Source: Narcine bancroftii
Taxonomy: Eukaryota
Assembly: GCF_036971445.1 (NCBI RefSeq)
Contig: NC_091473.1
Location: 211,730,001-211,794,000 of the forward strand
Reading direction: 5' to 3'
Length of the DNA: 64,000 nt
Both the position numbers and the translations under genes were made by a program. Position 1 is the stretch's first letter. Every line of letters starts with the position of its first letter. Positions 13,444 to 25,516 of the stretch are shown here, one piece after another. The notes under the pieces were generated by a model. It saw only the letters and a list, made by a program, of their open reading frames with translations, was not told the DNA's origin and made no database searches.

Positions 13444-14344
13444 ATTGTGGCACGATTATTTGTAGAAATCTCTGGTTCATCATGAGGGGGTGGGATTCAA
13501 CCCAAACCCATCTATGACTGGGAAGATGGATTCATTCTCAACGCTAAATCCAGGGAAAATCACACGAATTTGGGAATCCAATCGGCATCTGGCATTTTCT
13601 GGGAATGTGTGGGATTCCCCGTGGATTCTTTCTCCACGTGTGTCCCAGTCCCATTCCTCACTCTCACCTGCCAATCCACGGCAGAGTTGGAATTCAGGTC
13701 TTCCATATCAGTTCTGAGGTCTGTGGTCAAAATGTACTGGTCTCTTGTTTTACGTGAAAGACGTTTAAGAGATAAGGCGGATCACAATGAGACCGGGACC
13801 AGCACCGGCCTCAGAGAATTTAACAGTGTCTGAGCTGGGAAACCACAAGGAACACCCGAGAATCCGCACTCCAGACGAGTAAACCGGTGCTGGGAACTGT
13901 GCTCCCGTCTACTGTTTGTGCTGAGAAGGTGCAGAGGGGAACATTGTATCAGAGAGACTGTGTTCAAGGGGCGGTGACTTTGACTGGAGTCTCTGTGTTT
14001 TTGGATCCGACCTTAGCGCCGGATTTGCCGGCCCCTCCTGTGAAAGATGACAAGATTTTCCTGTTACCGGATAGCGCCGACCCCCTGTTTAGTGCTGAAG
14101 TGGGAATGAACGACAAAGTTTTGGTTAGTTTTAATATTTCTGTCGGAAAGCAGGAAACATGTCAGTGATTGAGGGAGAGAACGCGGTCGGTGTTGCAATG
14201 AAACGGGTTTAAACGGGAAGTGTCTCATTGAATTCGGATCAAAATCCCTTGACAACAAACATTCGGTCCTCGGAGACAGTCGAGGGTGAGTCCGGGACTC
14301 CGGGGTTTCCGATGTTAATAGGAATGGGAGAATTTTGGAGGGGA

Positions 14345-14420
14345 CAGAAACACAGAGAGGCGGTGGTGGCGGGAGCTGACAGCAGGATGTCTCCGCCCCG
14401 TCCGCTCGCTGCCTTTAAGT
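14345..14420 (+). promoter_or_regulatory. H1 promoter (H1/AC box, GC-rich element, TATA-like tttaag)
   Basis: AAACACA at 14348-14354, ~145 bp upstream of the ATG; conserved in unit 2 (~41935). Confidence 0.6.
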
Positions 14421-14496
14421 TGCTCTGTGCCACCGCTTCCCGCTTCATTTCTCACTCAGTTCTGAAACTCGGGGAGAAATTGTGAGAGTCGCCGAC

Positions 14497-15159
14497 ATGA
14501 CCGAGACCGCAGCGGCCGAAGCGGCTCCTCCTGCCACTCCCGGCGCCCAAACCAAGGCTCCCAAGAAGAAGAAGGCAGCTGCCCGGCCCAAGCCAGCCGG
14601 TCCCAAGCTGGGCGATCAGATCGACAAGATTGTGGCGGATTGCCGCGAGCGCGGGGGGATGTCCTACTTCGCCATAAAGAAGGCTCTGGCCGACGGCGGC
14701 GTCGATGTGCGCAAGTCCGCCTCGCACATCAAGACGAGCATCAAGAGGAAATTGGACAGCGGCCTCCTGGTTCAATGCAAAGGCTCGGGCTTGTCGGGTC
14801 ACTTCAAGGCCGGGAAGAAAGAAAGGACAGTGACATTGGCAAAGAAAGCGAAGAAACCAGCGGCCACGGCGTCGAAGTCCAGGAAGTCGGTGGCAAAGAA
14901 ATCTTCGGCCAAAAGACCAGTCACCAAGAAACCTCCCTCCAAGAAACCCGCGGCCAAGAAATCTCCCAGCAAGAAACACGGCGCCAAGAAACCAGCGGCT
15001 AAAAAGACGACGGCCAAGAAACCAGTGGCCAAGAAGGCGACCCCGAAGAAGATCAAGAGCCCCCCGAAGGCCAAAGTCACCAAGGTGAAGGCGACCAAAA
15101 AGGTTGTAAAATCCAGGGCCCGGCCAAAATCTAAACCCAAGGCAGCGGCCAAGAAGTAA
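14497..15159 (+). CDS. H1: Linker histone H1 (220 aa, divergent globular domain)
   Basis: MTETAAAEAAPPA N-terminus, winged-helix region (AIKKALADGGVDV...GLLVQCKGSGLSGHFK), Lys/Ala/Pro C-tail, no intron, histone stem-loop downstream. Confidence 0.95.
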   Translation: MTETAAAEAAPPATPGAQTKAPKKKKAAARPKPAGPKLGDQIDKIVADCRERGGMSYFAIKKALADGGVDVRKSASHIKTSIKRKLDSGLLVQCKGSGLSGHFKAGKKERTVTLAKKAKKPAATASKSRKSVAKKSSAKRPVTKKPPSKKPAAKKSPSKKHGAKKPAAKKTTAKKPVAKKATPKKIKSPPKAKVTKVKATKKVVKSRARPKSKPKAAAKK

Positions 15160-15195
15160 AAGAAAAAGCTCAATGTGTAAAGTCCTGACCCCAAC

Positions 15196-15211
15196 GGCTC
15201 TTCTCAGAGCC
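15196..15211 (+). terminator. Histone 3' stem-loop (H1, unit 1)
   Basis: GGCTCT-TCTC-AGAGCC, followed by a purine-rich HDE (gtgaagagctg). Confidence 0.92.
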
Positions 15212-15882
15212 ACTCACATCCCTCAGTGAAGAGCTGCTACCCAGTCACGTCACTCCTGTCCCGGAACCACGTTCACATTCCAGCGGGGAATCATTCACGT
15301 CAAGCCTCGGTAACTCCACCACATTCTCTGCACCCGCCCGGTCCCCAGTGTCCAAACAAAATCCAGAGAACGGGGTGTCCGGGACAGGCCTCACTCGGTC
15401 TCCTTAAATGCTTCCAAGCCTCAGATTTCTGAAAAGGAGGGGATGAAGGTTACGGGAAAATGGTGCCGAGTCTAAATGCGGATTAGCTCTGATCTAATTG
15501 AATAGCGTAGCAGTATCGACGGGCCGAATAGCCGTCTCCTGCTCCTAATTTTAATGTACCCTTGACTCCTTACCATTTTAACGAAGAGGCAGCGCTTCAG
15601 CGGGAATATCACCGTCAGTTCATTGTCACGGCGCTTATTTAAAGAATTTCAGAAAATCGGGAAAAATGTAACCCCGTGTGTGTTGTTCGCGGTCGCTGTT
15701 TCTGTTCTGCTAATAACGTTTGGAAATTAGCGATTTCCGGGGCCGGGGCGGAAGATGAGAGGCCGCTCTCTGCCCTGTCTGTCACTCTGACTCTGTCTCC
15801 TCCCCTCCCCTTCACTGCGTGTCCTCAGCCAGGTCGGGGCGCTGTGTATAAAAGGGGTCGGCAGCGGTGGGGCTGCCATTGA

Positions 15883-16218
<336 letters not shown>

Positions 16219-16249
16219 ACTCCATCCTTTCTCCACACAACAAAACAAA

Positions 16250-16265
16250 GGCTCTTCTAAGAGCC
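16250..16265 (+). terminator. Histone 3' stem-loop (H4, unit 1)
   Basis: GGCTCT-TCTA-AGAGCC followed by ACCCA. Confidence 0.92.
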
Positions 16266-16730
16266 ACCCACCGCCTCACAGAGGGAGCTACTGCAACGGG
16301 CACGAATTGGGATGAAACTATTAACTGTTGAAATTTTTTCTTCCGTGCATTTTAATCAAACCACAATAATTCATGATCAGGTCTTGTCTGACGAGGAAAG
16401 ATTATATGTCGACGTTTATGGTGGATCTCCAGCTGAGGTTTCCCTCGAGGCGAACTCCTCTCTGACCTGCACAACGATTTATAATGCGGTGTCGCTAAAA
16501 CGGCCTGGAAACTCCTTCCCGGGACCAGGCGCTTTTCTCCAGCCTCAGGGAGATCTCCTTAGATTCAGCAATGGTTCAGTTCATACACACTGGTTGAATG
16601 AGAAAATTCACTGATATTTAAAATGAATTTGATATTATGAGTTATAATTAGGGAGAATTGATTTCAATCAAATAGTTTTCCAAACTTGACGGCGATTTGA
16701 AAATAAACTACAGACAATTGCACTGCAGCC

Positions 16731-17083
16731 TGAATTTCAGTCACAAACGCAAAAGGCTGGCGAGTAAGTTCGGCGCTCAAGTCGGGTACCGGCATTGTTT
16801 CGAACAGTTTCCTTTCTCCCCTGCCGGCCGCTCCAGTTCCCGTTCTCCCCCGCCAGCTGTTCTCGCCCCCGCCGGCCGCTCCAGCCCTGCAGTTCCCGCG
16901 CTGACAGCCCAGCCACCTGCCCCTGCCCTGACGTCCTGTGACTGCATTCAGATGACTTGTGAGGCCACTGTACTGCGGTGATTATCCGTGCCTCCTGCAC
17001 ATTCACGTGGCCTCCCAACAGCCGCATATTGCCAAAATATGCGGATTTACAAGTGGGGCAATTGACCATCCTCCCGCCGCTGC
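16731..17083. mobile_element. Unit-1-specific insertion between H4 and H3, probable DNA-transposon remnant
   Basis: Absent from unit 2, where a (ct)n tract sits at ~44352-44372. GC-rich short internal repeats and the hairpin ccgcatatt-gccaa-aatatgcgg. Confidence 0.45.
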
Positions 17084-17268
17084 AGACCTGAAACAGCCCC
17101 GTGAGTCGCAAGGCCAATCACAGCCCCGGAACACGTTCATTGCCATCTCTGCTCCAGCCATTCAGAGAGGTGGGCGGATCTTCACCAACTGTTTATAAGT
17201 CCGAGCCTGAGTCGGTTTCATTATTCCAGTCCTGGTATCTCAGATTGTATTCTCACTGTTGAAGCGGA

Positions 17269-17673
17269 GTGGACCGGACCAAGCAGAAGGTGCGGGAATC
17301 GACCATAGGGAAAATGCCCTACAAGAAATTGGCCACCAAAGCAGTGCGCAAGAGCGCTCTGGCCATGGGTGGAGTGAAGAAGCCTCATTGCTACTGACCT
17401 GGCACTGTGGTTCTGAGGGAGATCCGGTGCTACCAGAAATACACTGAGCTGTTGATCTGCAAACTGCTCTTCCAGTGCTTGGTGAGGGAGATCGCTCAGG
17501 ACTTTAAAAAGATGGACTTGCACTGCCAGAGCTCAGCTGTCATGGCCCTGCAGGAGGCAAGTGAGGCTTACCTGGTGGGGCTCTTTGAGGGCACCAACCT
17601 GTGCACTAAGTGTGTCACTATCATACTTAATAACATCCAGCTGGCCCGCTGCATCTGTGGGAATCGCGCCTGA
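17269..17673 (+). pseudogene. H3: Histone H3 pseudogene
   Basis: ATG>GTG; premature TGA at 17395 (R42, CGA>TGA); many missense changes and small in-frame indels; decayed stem-loop at ~17697. Confidence 0.95.
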
Positions 17674-18304
17674 ACTCTGCATCAAGCACCACTAACAGCT
17701 CTTCAGAGCCACAATCCTAGCAGATTAGAGAGTTGTGACAGTCCCTGATGTCTTATTGTATTTCGAGCCCATCTGTTAAAACTGCAGCTCAGTGTTTTTT
17801 CATGGGCTTTTGTATGAAAACCTCAATGCTTCTCGTCCCCTCAAAACCCTCTGAACTTAGTCTGCATATGTTAAATGGGACCTTGTGATGGACGAACAAA
17901 GTCCTAACCGATTACATTTAACGCCGCAGAATCAACTACACAGTCCTGTCACACCACGGGGCCCCTGGCCTTTACTCTCCCTTCCGTCTGGTGGTCCTGG
18001 AATGAGAATACCCACACACCCCTGTATACGTCCAGATACTTCTTGTCTGCAAGGATTTCTCCGCTTTAGGGTTTAGCCAAATAAACGTCATCCTGTGTCG
18101 AGATATGAACTGTGGATCAGTTCTTAGATCTTAATTCTGTTCCGCTCCTGACCATTCTCCATTCAATTCGGCCCAGAAACTCGCCCATAATTGTTTATAA
18201 CAATTTCATACAGTTCTTTCGCTGGGCTCTCCCCAGCCCAGTCAGATCTTCCACAGACATTGTGAGTGGTTCTGAAAAGTGCCTTTGGTCACTGGGTTCC
18301 TTCA

Positions 18305-19130
<826 letters not shown>

Positions 19131-19339
19131 AGATGGAGTGACCCAAGTTCAAATGGTTTAAAAAGTGACAATCCTGCAGTGTTCATACTAAACGCTGAAC
19201 TTTATTTACACACGACACAAATATGCAACACACATACCCACATGGACACCTGTAATGCCCTGTTACAAGTGAACTAAACTGTATCCATGATATTTCGGCG
19301 CTTCCGTGTATTTACTTCAGGTTCAGCGGCTGCATTTGC

Positions 19340-19560
19340 TTGTATTTCTCTGATTGACACCCGTCCGCACGCTGCAGCTGTCAATCTGTTCATGGGGCGG
19401 GGCTAACGGCAATGAGTGGCACTGATTGGCTAGTAGGAGCGTTTGTTAGGACGTACTTTCCTGTCTGCCCACCCGCCGCCATTTTGAAGCGGGGTCCATG
19501 CTATTGTGCGTCCTTCTCCAACAGGTTCCACTTTGCAGCCGCCAACTTCCAGGTTTGTGT
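19340..19560 (+). promoter_or_regulatory. Orphan housekeeping-type promoter-like element
   Basis: GC box ggggcgggg, reverse CCAAT (ctgattggc), ETS-like tttcctg, YY1 consensus gccgccattttg (~19475), possible donor cag/gtttgt. The paralog at 45700-45900 has a CRE tgacgtca. Confidence 0.45.
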
Positions 19561-20903
19561 GTCCCCATCACCTCACTCTGTCCTCACTCGGCTCCCGGAC
19601 GTCGCCGTCTTTGCACCTAATCACAGCCATGCCCAAGGCTCCAGCTCTGGGGATCAGGAGGAGCACTAGCAGGGCTCCCCAGGGTCCTAAATAATTAGTG
19701 ATCTCACCAGGGAATAATTTTCTTACACTTTTGGATGGGCCAAATATATTTCTCATTGTTTGCAAATCATTGATTTCATTTGAAATGTTATCTTCTCAAT
19801 CTGGAATCAGCGTCACCACCTGTCAAATTTAGTTGTTTTTTAAAATTTATACATATATGTTCGGGCACTAAGGACTGCAGTGGAACGGAGGGATCTCGGA
19901 ATTCAGATACATAATTCGCTGAAAGTATTGTCACAGATGGATTAGGTTGTAAAGAGAGCTGTTGGCATATTGGCCATAAATTGAGTGTGGAGCTGGCATG
20001 TAATGGTAAAATTTATCATACATTTATGAGGCCAAATTTGGAGCATTGTGTGCAATTTTGGTCATCTAGCTACACAGAAAAGATATTGTTAGAAATAGAA
20101 TTACCTTTAAAGAAATTGCTCGAGACAAAAATTGAGAACAAAGAACATTTATTAAGGAACAATGCAAAGTTGGGTGCTTCCCCTTACCATGGGAATACAC
20201 ACATACACTGGGGCTCACCCAACTTTTATACAGTTGATTTCAGTATAGGAATACCCTCCCCCTTACATTCTTCTGCCTCCTGCTGGAGAGGTTTGCCATT
20301 AGGCAATCCTGCCTGCCTACCTGCTGTTTCTGTGCACTTGGTGGACCAGGGGGTATCCTGTCGGTGTCCCTTCATGTTATTGTCCTTATTCACACCTTCC
20401 TGTTTCTCGGAGCTACAGTCTCTTGATATGCAGAGTTCGCTAATCCTGTCTAGGGTTAACTAATTTAATATGTAGAACTTTGTAAATCTATGTAAGGTTA
20501 ACTAATTAGATATGTAGAACTTGGTACTTCTGTCTAGGGCTAGGAGACCCTTATCTCATCCAGACTACCTCAACTTCCTACACTCTATTGTTCCTTACTG
20601 CTCCTTATCTTATTCATATGGTGGGCTCATTGATCTTGTCACAAAGACTAGAAGATTCTTATCTTAAATGTGCTGACTCTGCTTTCCTGCATCCTAATTC
20701 CCAAGCTCATCCTGTTTGTACTGGTTACATTCATTTACTAATGTATGAATTTTAGTTTCCTTCATGTTCATAATTTTAGATCAGTTTTCTCATCTCTCAC
20801 AATCCTCACTTTTCTTTTAGATCAGTAATACTGATCTCTCACCATGATCAGTGTTACTGATCTTAGGGTTACTGGTCTCAGTGTTACTGATCCCTCCCCA
20901 TCC

Positions 20904-22059
20904 TCACTTTTCTTTTAGATCAGTATTACTGATGTTGTAAAGTGCAAGATGTTGTATTTCCCAGCTGGTCAATAACCGAATTGCAGTCTCTGTGTCGTTG
21001 GATAGAGTTAGGGAAACATAGTTTCTTTGGGGTATAGTGTTCTGACGAGGGGTTCGATTAATTAAAAACTGCAGCCAAGTCTTGAGGCAGGGGAGCACCA
21101 TAAAGGTCAGAGTAGCGAGTCCAGCTGCTATAAAGGTTGTGAGTATCAGACTCCAGTTTTTATTAAAGAGTCTAGTCCATCCCACATCAGTCTGAGGTTG
21201 CCAAGTCTGAACATGGGCATGGGCAGATTCTCGTCGAAGTCCTGAAGCAGTGTCTTTAACCGCCTGACTTTTGTAAGCATTGTCCTTAACCAGTCTTTCA
21301 GAAACGCTGCCTTCAGCAGCCAACGAGTAATCAAGAGCCAGGCGGTTTTGTTGAACTGTGGCTCTGTCGTTTTTCTTCAGCCCCTAAATTCAGGGCCATT
21401 GCTCTCTGTTTGATGATAATGCCCAAGGTTGTTTGGAGTCTGATTAAACGATTTAAATGCCAAGCAGCTTTAGCGTTCTGTAGCAGCTTACGTAGTTTAC
21501 AACTGGAACTCCCCTTAACGAGGTGGTGCTTATCATTTTGAATGTCTGAGGGACCCAAAGGATGTTTGAGAAGAGACCAAGCTGGGGAGGGTTGTTTCTT
21601 ATCGTTTAACCTGTGTGTTGCAGCTTGTCTGCTAACATTAGCATGAGTATCATTGAACTTGTGAGTGCAAGCCTGTTTGTGTATATTAGCATATGTATTA
21701 ACTCTCTCTCTGCGACATGTACAATCCTGACTACCATTCTGTCTGTATTTGTCCCACCATGTCCTTTGTGCTATCGCTTTAAAACTCCTGTCTTTAATAC
21801 CTGTGTAGGCTAAGATACAAATTAGATGTACTCCACTAAAGCTGTTCAGTTCCCCTGGTCCATGTTGGAATCCCTTGTTAACCCATACCCCACTATGACT
21901 ATACATTAAATCTATGCCCTGTCTACATTCTAAAGGTAAATAATTGTCACCTCTGCTGCCCCTATCCCAGGAAGACTTAATACATTGTGAGTAATTAAGT
22001 GATGTCCCAGAAATGGAGAAGCAACAATTAAACAATACAATAAATGGTAAAAACAACAT
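20904..22059 (-). pseudogene. env: ERV-A shortened env (242-aa signal-peptide ORF 22059-21331 plus frameshifted TM ORF to 20904)
   Basis: The ATG overlaps the pol stop (TAATG). LNRLIRLQTTLGII..ALNL, QNRLALDYSLAAEG, AHAHVQTW and a TM helix resemble ERV3/HERV-R-type TM. CX6CC is missing. Confidence 0.8.
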
Positions 22060-22328
22060 TACGGCACTTTTTCACGGCGTAGTGTAACTTTCAGGTCAGA
22101 AGGAAGAGGGACTGCACGCCAGGTGGAGGGTAGATTATCAATGTTGTTATTCTGTGGTTCAGTAGCTGGTTTAATTCGTTGGATGTGGCTCCAGCCTTTT
22201 TCTTTCGTTCGCACGGCAGTGTCTGTAATCAAAAGTACACAATAGGGGCTATCCCAGACAGGTTTCTGTTGGTGATGTTGGCATGCTTTTACATATAACC
22301 AATCACCAGATTTAATAAAATGAATAAC
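22059..22328 (-). pseudogene. pol: ERV-A integrase C-terminal remnant
   Basis: IKSGDWLYVKA...WDSPYCVLLITDTAVRTKEKGWSH, collinear with the end of ERV-B Pol. Confidence 0.9.
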
Positions 22329-23749
22329 AATCTGACTTTTCTTTGTGTTAGTGTAAAAATTGTAAAATGAAACACAAACCATATTTCCATGGGTTTTGAA
22401 TATATTAGACCTTATTCAAATGCAGTTGGAGCTGCTTGTCTGTATGAGGCAACCAACCTGCAATTTGTTAGAGTGAGTACATAACAGATATTGCAGCACA
22501 AGAGCCCCTGCGAGAGAACTTGAAACATATTCAACCTTTAGTTCTGCCTTAAGTAAAATGCCTGTGCCACAGCTCACAGGAGCTGGCCTTATTTAAAACA
22601 GTCTGTAAAACAGGCACCAAAAAAATTTAAAAGATGTTCTTATGAAGATTGCACACATAATCATTTAAGTACAGGCTAGTTTCTATTATATTCCACTTAA
22701 AAGTTCTGCTGCATGAATCCTGGAGCTTGTGGAGTCATTATTGAATCAAGAAATATTGGTGCTATGCCAATCTCATTCTAACATGCCAATTTCTCCAGTC
22801 CTTAAGTCAAGATGTACTGAATAGCATCTGGTACAAGATCTGTGAGTTATTAATGATATTATTATTCTTATGCACCCAATTGTTCTGAACTATGCCACCA
22901 ATTTAAATCATATTCCACCTATGGCAGTACTCACACAGCACCATAGACCAGTTCGCAGGTTTATTTCTCCATTAAACTAAATCCCGTCGCGCAGGGTTTA
23001 CCTCCATGATTATTTACAATGTAACTTCCGCACTACCGGATTTAAATATAAACCTGATGAATGGGGGGGGAAGTTATCATGAATTAAATAACAGCGGCAA
23101 TACAGAGAAATTGTGCTGAGGCATTAATTTCACTCCGGAGGAAAATGCACCAGAGAAATGAATGATTAAACTTATGGGAATCCCCAGAGGTATCTTTATT
23201 CTCCAGAGGTGGGCGATCTTTAAACTCACGGACCTTGACTGCTGAATGTGTAGAAGAAATGTACTAAATCTGTTGATAGGGCTCCATACCTCTAACTGCA
23301 AGACAAGAGCCTGAAACCTCAATTTCAAGTGCCACAGTGCACTTAAAGGGACATGCACACTCCCCCTTCAACTGGCTGATCCAGCCACTTTACACATCAG
23401 ATCCTTTCTTTATCTTACATACACTTAAAATAAGACGTGTAGAACTCACCCTATTTGCGCAAACATTTCTCCCTGCAAATGTTATAACATCACTCAACTC
23501 TCAGGTACTCACTGTGCAAAATCACATTTGAATACAATTTATTTCATAAATTGGAATTAACTGGTAGTTAAATTTGCTCATTCTACAGTATTGATAAATG
23601 ATCATTTATGACATTTAAATTTTAGCATGAATTTTAATCAATATTGGTCAGTGACTGAAGTGGGAAGTCGTGATTTATGAAATTATCTCTGGTTTCTACT
23701 CTCCCACTCCCTGCACTTCTCCCAACATTCAGGAGCTGGCACACAGTCC

Positions 23750-24867
23750 CTGCCTTTTTTCATGTTACTCATCTACTATTCCTTTAACTGCTTGCATCAA
23801 AATGTTAGCCTTTGCTTTCTGCTTATCCTCAGATGTCTGGACAAATGCTTTTTGTGCGATCTGTAGAAGCTGGGTTATTCCCTGCTCATGCCAATTTTCT
23901 GTCTTTTGTAATTTTCTTCTAATGTCTGGGGCTGAGTTGGTAACAAAACCTGTTAGTACCAATTGTTCCCCTGCTGGGGATTCTATGTGGAGACCCCCAT
24001 ATTGTATATATATTTGGTCCCAAAAATTGATCTAACTGTTCGGCACATCCCTGGGGATCTTCTATCAGGGAGGTCAGTTCTTTCTTAAAGTTACGCACTT
24101 CAGTACTGGTCAGGGGCACATTTACGAAACCGAGACCCTCTCCCACCGGAACTTTTCGCAGTGGTCTCATCCAGTTGGTTTCTGGCTTATTAGGTCTGGG
24201 TTCCTGCTCCCTGGGAAATGAATCAAAGGGTTCTACCCTTTCTTCCTGAAGAGTCTCACACTGTTCAGAATTAAAGTTACCTCTCTCTTCTGTCAACAGA
24301 GGTGGTAATCAAGTGCTTTGTGAGCGAGTCATCATACCACTCCTATTCTCTTCTCTTTTCTCTAGCTGTGGGGGAAGAGGGGAAGGTGCAGAAGGGTAGG
24401 GCATAGGAGGGGGAGGAAAGATAGGAGCCGGCAGAGGAGGAACATAAGGTGGAGGGAGGGAATGTAGCACATCCCACCCTTGTGGCTCAGGGACAAAAGG
24501 TTCCTCCTCTCTCTTGTCCTTGTACTCTTTTTCTTTCAAAACCAATTTATCACACGATCCCCTGAGCCAGCAGGCTTCATATTCCCTGCTCTCTAGGTTA
24601 TCTCTCTGGTTTTGATAGAGCCAGATGTTCAAAGCTTGACACATCCAGTCATCCTCGGATCCAAACTTTGGCCAGTACACGGAGCTCCCTTTAATCGGGT
24701 ATTTAACCCAGTCCCTACAACAATACCTGACCATGGTCAGTTTGTCCTTTCCACGGGTCCTTCCCGTGCCCCACTCAGATAACATCAACCCGGGCGGGCT
24801 GTACGTAGTTATCTGATTCTCACATCCTTTTACCAGGACTCTCTTCCTTGCTACCCATACTTCCCAT
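23750..24867 (-). pseudogene. gag: ERV-A gag (frameshifts, internal deletion at ~24003)
   Basis: YWPKFGSEDDW, LPPPY, PSAP, FVTNSAPDIRRKLQK; homologous to ERV-B Gag. Confidence 0.9.
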
Positions 24868-25516
24868 ACTGATAGGCAAGTAAAATTCCTCTTACCGGGT
24901 TCCGGTAGCAAGGCTCTAACGCGCTTCCTTCCGTCGTTTGTTCTCAATGCCTCTTCTCGGATATCACTCGCTTCTTCCACTGACCAGCCACCCGTCGTCC
25001 GTGAGTCCAGCTGAATCAGCTGGGGTGCACCTACTCTCGTCGTCGGGCACTCTGTCAGTGGAGGGAGTGTGATCCCGGACGAGTCCCCATTTGTTAGAAA
25101 CAGAAGTACCTTTAAAGAAATTGCTCGAGACAAAAATTGAGAACAAAGAACATTTATTACAACAACAATGCAAAGTTGGGTGCTTCCCCTTACCCTGGGA
25201 ATACACACATACACTGGGGCTCACCCAACTTTTATACAGTTGATTTCAGTATAGGAATACCCTCCCCCTTACGTTCTTCTGCCTCCTGCTGGAGAGGTTT
25301 GCCATTAGGCAATCCTGCCTGCCTACCTGCTGTTTCTGTGCACTTGGTGGACCAGGGGATATCCTGTCGTTGTCCCTTCATGTTATTGTCCTTATTCACA
25401 CCTTCCTGATTCTCGGAGCTACAGTCTCTTGATATGCAGAGTTCGCTAATCCTGTCTAGGGTTAACTAATTTAATATGTAGAACTTTGTAAATCTATGTA
25501 AGGTTAACTAATTAGA

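Noticed and set aside
14452-15213. Long antisense ORFs over H1 (also 42386-42806), H4 and H3
   Set aside because: Shadow frames caused by GC-rich, Lys-biased histone codons.
19629-19690. ATG CCC AAG GCT CCA as an H2B start relic
   Set aside because: No H2B homology follows, and the paralog at ~45986 differs.
24309-25214. 301-aa ORF from the LTR into ERV-A gag as a glyco-Gag-like extension
   Set aside because: It joins the gag frame only through a 1-nt insertion after the true MGSMGS start; the intact ERV-B has no such frame.
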